61,612 nt of DNA from Octopus sinensis (lineage: Eukaryota): NCBI RefSeq assembly GCF_006345805.1, contig NW_021834180.1, positions 1-61,612 of the forward strand, written 5' to 3'. Each line of letters opens with the position of its first letter. Position 1 is the first letter of the stretch. The notes beneath the pieces were generated by a model. The model ran no database searches, had not been told where the DNA came from, and saw only the letters and a list, made by a program, of their open reading frames with translations. Shown one piece after another: positions 51,986 through 61,612 of the stretch. Both the position numbers and the translations under genes were made by a program.

Positions 51986-52077
51986 ATTTTGTTGAATTTT
52001 CTGCTGCTTTAAATAAAGTATATATATATATATTTCTTTCATATGTAATTAAATCTGTACATCACCCAAATACTTCT

Positions 52078-52177
<100 letters not shown>

Positions 52178-53018
52178 TTTTATATAATATTATATTATAT
52201 ATTATATATATATATATATTATATAATATTAAGGTGGTGTTACAGCATGGCCGCAATCAAATGTTTGAAACAAAATGAAAGAAAAGAATATATATACACG
52301 CACACACCTCCCACACAATTTGGAAAATTCACGCCGTCATTCCTTCACCATCACCGTCTCCTTCATAGGAACACGATCTCTCACTTCTCCCCCCCCCACT
52401 ACGACTAGTCTTATCTTTATCCATTGTCTCTTCTCTCTATTACTCCCCTCCTCCCCCCCCCAACTTTCTGAAATACGAACAAATGGCACTTTCCTCACAC
52501 TATTACCCTCACCACCTCTCTTTATCTCTATGTTTGTTTCTTTTTTTTTATTTAAGTATTTACATGAGAAAGATAAAGATATAAGCGAAGCGAGAAAGAG
52601 AGAGAGAGACAGACAGAAAGAAGGGGAGGAGGGAAACGTCAGCAGGAACGAAGCAGTTTAAACCAGTTTTGGTCGGTATTAGCATTAATACTTGCAGTAG
52701 ATTTTCTTGAGCGCAACAGAAACTCTTTCTCTCTCTCTCACACACACACACGAGCGCCCGCGCACACATTGATTACATACACTAGATATATATATATATA
52801 CATACGTGCGTTTATATTTTGTGTGCAATGTGTATGTACGTCTATATATATATTGTTGTGTATATATATATATATATATGTAGGTCCCGGGTTGAGTCGG
52901 GGTTAACCACAGTAAATAAGGTACTCAATACATAGCAGAGTAAAGTAATTTATTTTATAGAAGGAGTTTCTACAGGACTAGAACTGTTTCATTCAGATGA
53001 TATAGAATACATACAACA

Positions 53019-53084
<66 letters not shown>

Positions 53085-53150
53085 TTTACTCCTTTGTTTC
53101 ATATATATATATATATATATACGAGAAAGAAGCAACAAGAATGGATTGGT

Positions 53151-53241
53151 TTTTAGTACAATTGTTTCATACAAAGACAGGCTTTATTACAAGTTGCAAA
53201 AATTGCAGCAGATAAAAGTGTCCCGTACTCATCAGCTAAAA
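53151..53241 (-). ncRNA. Type I hammerhead ribozyme, intact core, long stem II
   Basis: Minus strand: UUUUAG-CUGAUGA-GUACGGGACA-(loop)-UGUCUUUGUAU-GAAA-CAAUU-GUA-CUAAAA. 6-bp stem I, palindromic stem III ACAAUUGU; predicted cleavage between 53157 and 53156. Confidence 0.8.
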
Positions 53242-53329
53242 TACATTTGAGTTCTCTAGACATCTTAGTGGGTGAGGTTATACTCATGAGATATTGGAGA
53301 TAGTTCCATTAGAGGCAGATATATAATAT

Positions 53330-53379
<50 letters not shown>

Positions 53380-53765
53380 CTACTAATATAGGATGAAGTT
53401 TTTATTACAGAAAAAAATTCCATAAAAAAATGTGGCAGCATATTAAAATACCTTTAAGATTAAAGTTATAAACAACTTATAAATAAGGGATAAAGAAAAT
53501 TCTTCGTGTTTTCTGTACCGAGTAAACAATATGTGGAAATTGACGATTTAAAAGTCTGTTATCGGCATATTGGCATAGAAATAATTTTCTTTAGCCCTTA
53601 TTTATAAGTTTATATATATATATATTATATTATATTAGAGATAAAACCACTTTTAAGGCAAATCAAACAATGAAAGACATAAGCCAATACATAAAATTAA
53701 TTTAATTTATATTATTTTAAAAATATATCAAAAGTATTAAAAGTTTAATAAAAGATATATATATA

Positions 53766-53888
53766 GGGAGAATTCACAAAAAAAAAGACGATGACAGCTG
53801 GTGTAGACAACAAACAGATGTATTAGTATAACGCTTGGGAAGTGAAAAAGTCTTTAACGTTTCGAGCCTACGCTCTTCTACAGAAAGG
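53766..53888 (-). mobile_element. PLE pseudo-LTR-like island, A6U hammerhead family copy 3
   Basis: Minus strand 53851-53888: ccuuu-CUGUAGA-A-GAGC-guag-GCUC-GAAA-C-GUU-aaaga. Confidence 0.65.
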
Positions 53889-55453
53889 AACAAGGAGAGA
53901 AAATAAAGAATGTGTAGTGGCTAGCGGTGTTTATACACGCTCCACACACATATACGTTTATGAATTTGTTTTATAAGATCCCTGATATGAAATCGTTTGT
54001 TGAAATATTGTTATATTTCGAGACGTATCATGGTCCCTTAACTCTTAGATTTTACTTGTGAAAGTCATTGGACTACGGCCATTCTGGAGCATCGCTTCGA
54101 AGGATTTTAGTCGAATAAATCGATACTATTATTTATTTTTCAAACTCATTTGCTGATATACATACACATATACATATATACACTCACACATACAGAAACA
54201 TACACATACACACATGTATGTATATGTGTGTATATATATATATTTATATATATACATATACATATATATATATATATATATATATGAAAGAAGCCCGTTG
54301 TATATGCGTGTGTGTGTGTGTTGTATCTTTGCGTCTGTGATTGTTCCACAGTACAGTACAGCTTGACAACCTTTTTTATTTGTGTGATTACATCCCTGTA
54401 ACATAGCAGTTCGGCTTAACTGATCGACAGAATAAGTACCGGTTTTTTTTTTTGTTTGGTGCCAATGGCTACAAAAATTAAAGTTTACCGAAAATTTTAA
54501 AATTTGGCACAATACAGTTGCCCAAACTGAATTGCTGGAGTTATTTCATTTTTACCCCCAAAAAAAGTTTTTAAAAAGTTACAGAGGTTTAAAGTTTGAT
54601 CATTTTCACCCGGTCAGGAAACAGGATTTGGAAGCTGTCATTTTGTGCATAACTGCAATATCCTGTAAATAGCACGTGTTGTCAATATTTGTAAACAACA
54701 CGTGATATGTCTCCTGTAATTTCTTTCATATAAATAAATGTTTGTGTTAATTTAAAAGAGAAAATCAATTAGATTTAAATTTCTGAGCGAGTTGTTGGCA
54801 AATAAACTTTGATTTAAAAGATTTATTGAAAAAAATCTTATTTAGCTGTTATATTTAGCACACCTCACAACCACCTCAATACTTAATGATAAAAAGGAAT
54901 GAGTAAACAAGTCGGGTGTCAACACGTGCTTCCTTGCAGACTTTTGAAAGACTGTTACTATGGCAACAGGCAAAGGTGTTCTCATGTTTCCTCTTGTTAC
55001 TATCGGAACAGACATGAACGTGTCTGTGGCTTACGATTCGCTCTAAAATTACAAAAATTTAAAAACTTTAATTACTAATAACTTTTTATTTATTGATTTA
55101 TGGCGAAAATTAGTTTCACGTAATTAATTAGCCTGTAAAAATGTATCGTTACACTGAATTTGAAATCAATTCGAACAGAAAATTGACGCCGGCAACTAAA
55201 CAGAAATGATCCGTACCAGGCTTAAAAAAAAGAAAAAAACTCCGCGGTCAGTTTGTTCGACTAAATCCTTCAAAGTTGTGCTCCAGCATGGCCGAAGTCT
55301 AATTATTGAAACAAATAAAGGATTATATATATATATTTCTTTACTGCCCACAAGGGGCTAAACATAGAAGGGACGAACAAGGACAGACAATTAAGGATTA
55401 TATATATATATATATATATACACACACGCACGCACACATACATACATATACAT

Positions 55454-55486
<33 letters not shown>

Positions 55487-55517
55487 CATACACACACACA
55501 CATACATATACACACAC

Positions 55518-55568
<51 letters not shown>

Positions 55569-55642
55569 AACAACACACTATACACACACATACATATACA
55601 CACACACACACACACAACACACACCACACACATATATATATA

Positions 55643-55719
<77 letters not shown>

Positions 55720-56444
55720 ATAATATATATATATATATATATAAGGGGTAATTCCTCACTGTTTCAGTCTAACAAATCTTCTCACAAGGTATTGTATTGA
55801 TCGGCCTGGTCTTTTAGTAAAAGAAACTTGCCTAAGTTGGTACTGCACCACCTGATTTCACGTGATCAATTGAAAACATTTTCATAGAATCTCTAAATCT
55901 TACATAGAATTTGGGCTTTGTTAAAGAGAATTATTAAATAGCTGTATTCACTGTGTGTTGTGGATTGACGTACGCCATTGTAAAGAAAGTATAGGCGATA
56001 GCTTCTACATGAAAAAGGGTGAAATATCTACATAAAACGTTCCCTTAAAGGGAAGTACAGTTGAAGATGTATTAGGGTATAATTTGGGTCGTTTTTTTTT
56101 TTTCCTTTTTCAATCGTTAAGGGAACGTAATTTCTTAAATACCAGATGCATGAGTCTTGTACGAGATTTTTTTTTAGATAGCGCGGCATCTGGTTTACGA
56201 AAGATAGTTGGTTATAGGGCAAAGGAAGAGAGACAAAGAGGTTGAGAGGTCGAAAGAGATACAGAGAGAGAGAGTGGGGGGGGGGCAAGAGTGAAGAAGG
56301 CGAGAGGATGTGAGAGCAGAGAAGACGGGGGGAACAGAAAGTTAAATGATTCCATACAAAATTATATCTAATGTATGTATGTATGGATATTTGTGTGTAT
56401 TATGTGTATATGTTTGCTCGTACGTATGTATGTGTGTGGAAATG

Positions 56445-56482
<38 letters not shown>

Positions 56483-57302
56483 TATGTGTGGGTATGTATG
56501 TGAAAATGTATGTGTGCATCTATCGTGAATAAGTGAGTGTATCTGTACATATCTTTAGATCGGTTGGTACGCTTTGTAAATGTTTGGCATCTCGCAGACA
56601 CATACACACATACACACATACACAACATATATACATACATATGTGTATATGAGTGAATGTATGTGGTGCAAAATCTTTACAATTGCCTTTATTCAATAAA
56701 GACTTAAGCAATTCCACATAGAAAAAAAGAAAAAAATCAGAAAGAAACTAAACTGATTCTGGTGTTATGGCCTGTAAATATCTGACGAAAATACCTTTTA
56801 GATTAATCGTACAGAGAAAAATATATAAAAAAGAGGTTCCACAGAAGCTTCATTTAGAAAAGAAATACAAGGGGGTCGTGTAGTTATTTTCTGTTATCGT
56901 ATCTCCTTCGTTTCCTCTCCTCCCTACCTCGTCTCCATTAACACAGTTATCGTCTGCTTTCTCTTCATACTTCCTTTTCCCGCCTCCCCCGTCTTCCTCC
57001 TCCTCCTCCTGCCGATCGCTTGCTTCCCTGTTGGCGGGGAACGGGTGGATGTCAGAGAATTAAATAGCTGAACACATATATGAAGAAAATATTTATCTAA
57101 AATTAGATTGTTCCATGAGAAAGTGTTCATTCTCTTGTTTACAATGAGTCGATTGTTAGGTTTAAAGAAGAAGGGAAAGGACGGAGGTGGTAGAGCAAAA
57201 ACAAAATTTGTGATTCACTTGCAACTCAGACAACAAACAAACTGACCTCCGATGACCTACATATCTCGGAAACATTCGTGTTTCCTCTCGGTTTCATTTC
57301 TG

Positions 57303-57304
<2 letters not shown>

Positions 57305-57383
<79 letters not shown>
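57305..57383. repeat. Pure (GT)n microsatellite
   Basis: Direct inspection. Confidence 0.97.
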
Positions 57384-57385
<2 letters not shown>

Positions 57386-58349
57386 GCCAGTCTTTGGTGA
57401 GGCAATGGCATTTTTACGTTTGCTGACTTCCAAATCAATAATTTGTGATAATTGAAAATATTTCGCACGAAAAAAAATATTAATTAATTTAGAATAATTA
57501 GAAACTGGTAATGGGAAAAAGTGATAGGGGAGGGGGTAAATCATGTTGTGTGGAAGTGGTGGTGGTGGTGGTAGTGGTGAAGTTTCCTAAATATAACTAT
57601 TAAAACAAAAGCAACAACAACAACAACAACAGCAACACTCCTGAATAAAAGGGAGTAGATCCCTTACAAATGGAACAATCCAAACATAGCTAAAATGTTC
57701 TTTTATCGTAGGAGAAGAAAACCAAATGAGGTTGTGAAGTCCATACCTTACCCTCAGATATACCGCAGTCATGGGCAAACTGTTGTCCGTAGGACATTTC
57801 ATCACTATACATAAATCATTTGTGCAGGTCGTTTAGCAAGCAATTGCAGAACCGTCTCTCTCGGACTCGAGTGACTGCCATGCACATTTTTATTGAGTCC
57901 TAAGACTCATAAAGCCGCTTAATCGGTTTCTACGGCGTATAAATGACCGAGATCACATATCCCTGACGACACCCGTCTGTCGCAGGATTCATAACCAGCA
58001 ATATATTTGGGGACAGGCAATGTAGTGCAATCTAACTATCTCCAATCCAAAATATATGAACTGCCAGAAGTGGTCAATTGAACAAGCTAATGAAACACAA
58101 ATGAAGCTTATAGCGGTGCCACTATTGTACCTGTTGCTGTACCAGATTTCAATCAAGTGTACTAGAGTCATTTGCATTTGGTCACTCACAGGACCACTAT
58201 ATTATATGACACTATCCGCCATACACAACCGCACTACATACCAAATGACCCTAAACACCACATTAAGAAAAAAATTCCCAAGCTCAGGATTCATGACGTA
58301 TAAGTAACTAAAATCATAATATACCCCCTGAACACGACATCGCTCCGTT

Positions 58350-58554
58350 GCAAGGTTCTAGGCCAGCGATTCTGTGGTGAGGGGACAAGTCGATTTCATT
58401 GACCTCAGTACTTAACTGGTACTATATTTTATCGACCCCTAAGGGATGAAAGATGGAGTTGACATCGGTGGGGTTTGAACTCAGAAGGTAAAAAACCGGA
58501 AGAAATACCGTTAAGCATCTTGTTCTAGTTGCAAACAATTCTGCCAGTTCACCG
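58350..58554 (-). mobile_element. SINE family B, diverged
   Basis: Reverse complement of the head (tcggtgaactggcagaattg) and central module. Confidence 0.8.
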
Positions 58555-58577
58555 ATACACTGTCTATATAGAAAATG

Positions 58578-58955
58578 GGAGGCCCAGTGGTTAGGGCAGC
58601 GGACTCGCGGTCGTAGGATCGCGGTTTTGATTCCCAGACCGGGCGTTGTGAGTGTTTATTGAGCGAAAACACCTAAAGCTCCACGAGGCTCCGGCAGGGA
58701 TGGTGGTGATCCCTGCTGTACTCTTTCACCACAACTTTCTCTCACTCTTACTTCCTGTTTCTGTTGTACCTGTATTTCAAAGGGCCGGCCTTGTCACTCT
58801 CTGCGTCACGCTGAATATCCCCGAGAACTACGGTAAGGGTACACGTGTCTGTGGAGTGCTCAGCCACTTACACGTTAATTTTACGAGCAGGCTGTTCCGT
58901 TGATCGGATCAACTGGAACCCTCGTCGTCGTAACCGACGGAGTGCTTCCATCCAA
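58578..58955 (+). mobile_element. SINE family C, long-tail variant
   Basis: Matches 16007-16391; 10-bp TSD atagaaaatg at 58568-58577 and 58956-58965. Confidence 0.95.
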
Positions 58956-59300
58956 ATAGAAAATGAGATTGTCCCAGCGGGAACTAGTTTTATCAAAGGT
59001 CTGATGCAGTGACTCTCAACGTCTTCAGTTCCTATTTTACCTTCCTGGACGCTCTAAGCCACTCAATATGTAAAAAGATTCTATCATATTTTTATACTTA
59101 ACTATCATAAGGAATATTATAAAAGAAAATTGTTAAAATATTAAAAGCATTGTTGAAGTATAATTAATTTACAGTAGTTAAAGTTTAACAACGAAATCTT
59201 ATATGGGACCCCGATCGACCACCAGTGGTCAAATGAGTCGAGATTGGCCAGGGGCTAAAAATGAAAAGCAATGAAAATAATGAGAGCGAACGACAGTGGC

Positions 59301-59392
59301 AAGAAGAAGAAGAAGAAGAAGAAGAAGAAGAAGAAGAAGAAGAAGAAGAAGAAGAAGAAGAAGAAGAAGAAGAAGAAGAAGAAGAAGAAGAA
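59301..59392. repeat. Pure (AAG)n trinucleotide tract, ~30 units
   Basis: Direct inspection. Confidence 0.97.
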
Positions 59393-59664
59393 ACAACAAC
59401 AACAACAATAGCAGCAATTGCAGGGAGAGGATGAAATACTTTATTTTGGAAAATCCCCAGAAATTCTATTAAAATTATTTCACGGAGAAGGTAAAATAGT
59501 TTGTTGCACTTTAAGAAACAAATGAATGGCTAGAGGCCAGGAACTAGATTTGGTATGATTCGGTAAGTTTGTTAGATTGCCACGGTGTGCTACCGTGTGT
59601 GATAGATGTATATGGGCTGGTATCTGTATTTCCTGGGTAAGGACTAGAAGTAAGAGGAAGAGTA

Positions 59665-59735
<71 letters not shown>

Positions 59736-59870
59736 GACAGAAGAAATTGAAGACTGGATATGGAAACGCCAATGTGTCTGAATGTGTATACGTATGTACA
59801 TACAAACACGTGTATGTATATATGTGTACACATACATTCACATAAACACATACGTATATATATATATATA

Positions 59871-60249
59871 CTCTTTTACTTGTTTCAGTCATTTGACTGT
59901 GGCCATGCTGGAGCACCGCCTTTAGTTGAGCAAATCGACCCTAGGACTTATTCTTTGTAACCCTAGTACTTATTCTATCGGTCTCTTTTGCTGAACCGCT
60001 AAGCTACGGGGACGTAAACACACCAGCATCGGTTGTCAAGCGATGTTGGAAGGGGGCAAACACAGACTCACAAACATATACACACACATACACATATATA
60101 TACATATATACGACGGGCTTCTTCCAGTTTCCGTCTACCAAATCCACTCACAAGGCTTTGGTCAGCTCAAGGCTATAGTAGAAGACACTTGCAGTGGGGC
60201 TGAACCAAGAACCATGTGGTTGGTAAGCAAGCTACTTATCTCACAGCCA
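59871..60249 (-). mobile_element. SINE family A, near full length
   Basis: Same modules as other A copies, with a small deletion in the head. Confidence 0.9.
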
Positions 60250-60265
60250 TGAACATTGTATTATA

Positions 60266-60632
60266 TCTCTCTATATATAAACGGCAGTTGTCTGTGCGTT
60301 TTCTGTGTGTCTGTTTCTCGTACCCTCACTCTGACCACGGCTTTCAACCGATTCTGATGAAATTGACACACACATAGCCCAATGTCATAATTCAAAACTA
60401 ACGCAGCGAAAATTTTGAAAAGTTCCCCCAGTCTGAAAAAAATCGATAAATCGACATGGGGTCGAGAATCAGAAACCCAAACCACAGACCGTCTAGGGGA
60501 CGCAACTCCACCTTTTTTAACTCAAAAAAAAAATTACCATCATTTTTTTGCTATTTTTTGGCTATAACTCTCTAAAAATGCTTTATAGTTATTTCCCTTA
60601 CAAACCTGAGCAACGCCGGGCGATACTGCTAG
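60266..60632 (+). mobile_element. Non-autonomous Helitron-like element
   Basis: A|TC start (tctctctatatataaacggcagttgtctgt), subterminal cctgagcaacgccggg, CTAG|T end; termini shared with 37119-37506. Confidence 0.82.
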
Positions 60633-60659
60633 TATTATATATAGTACACATATTACATT

Positions 60660-60739
<80 letters not shown>

Positions 60740-61499
60740 ATAAACAGCTTAGAGAAGAAGAAACGAAACGAATCGAATCGAATCGACGCGAGGGCGCTCA
60801 GTCATATATATTGTATTATATATATATTATATATATCTATATAGAACAGGCAGAGAGTGAGAGAGAGAGAGAGAGAAGAAAGAGAGATGAATATAGATAA
60901 AAAGAATTGCAAATTCTGCCTCTTTCAAAACAAAACTGGTGGATAACATCTATAAAGTCTCTCTTTCCATTCTCTACTGCTCGATAAATCAATGTAGCTT
61001 TGGCAAGCTATATCGATTATTATCAATAGCACATACGATATGAGGCTTCGCTTTCTACACCAGAAAATATACCGGAATGTTAGAAATAATATACACCATA
61101 AAAATGAGCACAGCGTTCTACACCTTATTCATAAATTATATACATATACTGTATATATTCATACACAGATACGAAGATACATGCACACTCTCTACTCGTG
61201 AGTGGACAAACGAAAGAAAGTGACCCCCAACACATTTTGTCGGAATAAAATTGTTTTATTTAATAACAGTTTCACTCGACTTAAAGTTTCGTCGGTTCGT
61301 AAAAGAAACCGAACTGATCAAGCGTTTAGGGGTCAAGTAACAGGAAATGAGACAAATTCAACATGGCTTCTAGACGTTAAACCTTTATTAGTCAACTCAG
61401 GTTCTTTAACAAGGCATACCTCTGGTAGCAATTTTTCTTGTTGATGGATACTACAGTTTGGTGTTGTTTGTGTTACCTCCCAGTGAGTACAATATATGC

Positions 61500-61612
61500 T
61501 GTGTATACTTCCCCATGGAGTCATTGGCTGTCATACCCGTATAGTTACGGGCCTTGTGAGTGGATTTGGCAGACGGAAACTGAAAGAAGCCCGTCATATG
61601 TATGTGTGCATG
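61500..61612 (+). mobile_element. Partial family A SINE running off the window
   Basis: ccttgtgagtggatttggcagacggaaactgaaagaagcccgtc. Confidence 0.75.

Noticed and set aside
60354-60400. CTGATGA followed by a hairpin inside the Helitron-like element
   Set aside because: Followed by CAAAA rather than GAAA, and there is no stem III or stem I.

Overview
This is an AT-rich, microsatellite-saturated eukaryotic window. From its SINE families and repeat landscape I infer an octopus-like (coleoid cephalopod) genome. I could not recognise any host protein-coding exon; nearly all ORF-track entries are translations of (TA)n, (CA)n, (ATAC)n, (AG)n or trinucleotide tracts. Supported content: (1) more than 35 full or partial tRNA-derived SINE copies in 3-4 families, several with clear target-site duplications (TSDs). 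(2) A 5'-truncated, frameshifted Penelope-like element (PLE) on the minus strand (~20.9-22.8 kb) with RT, a CxCx5Cx5C linker and a C-terminal GIY-YIG endonuclease. (3) A decayed DD41D (rosa-like) Tc1/mariner transposase split by a SINE, a weaker mariner remnant, hAT and other MITEs, and two non-autonomous Helitron-like elements. (4) Several minisatellites and long inverted repeats. The main signal not explained by ordinary annotation is about a dozen short, mostly sequence-unrelated islands, many embedded in (TA)n tracts, that carry type I hammerhead ribozyme (HHR) folds. Four have intact CUGANGA/GAAA/NUH cores and stems (23345, 37914, 51948, 53151). A three-copy family has a fixed A6U core change, and several more are decayed. 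In several islands the sequence 3' of the ribozyme is also copied in inverted orientation upstream, in one case giving a ~38-bp rod. I interpret these as pseudo-LTR footprints or non-autonomous ribozyme retroelements of several PLE lineages. All folds were derived by eye and no activity is demonstrated.
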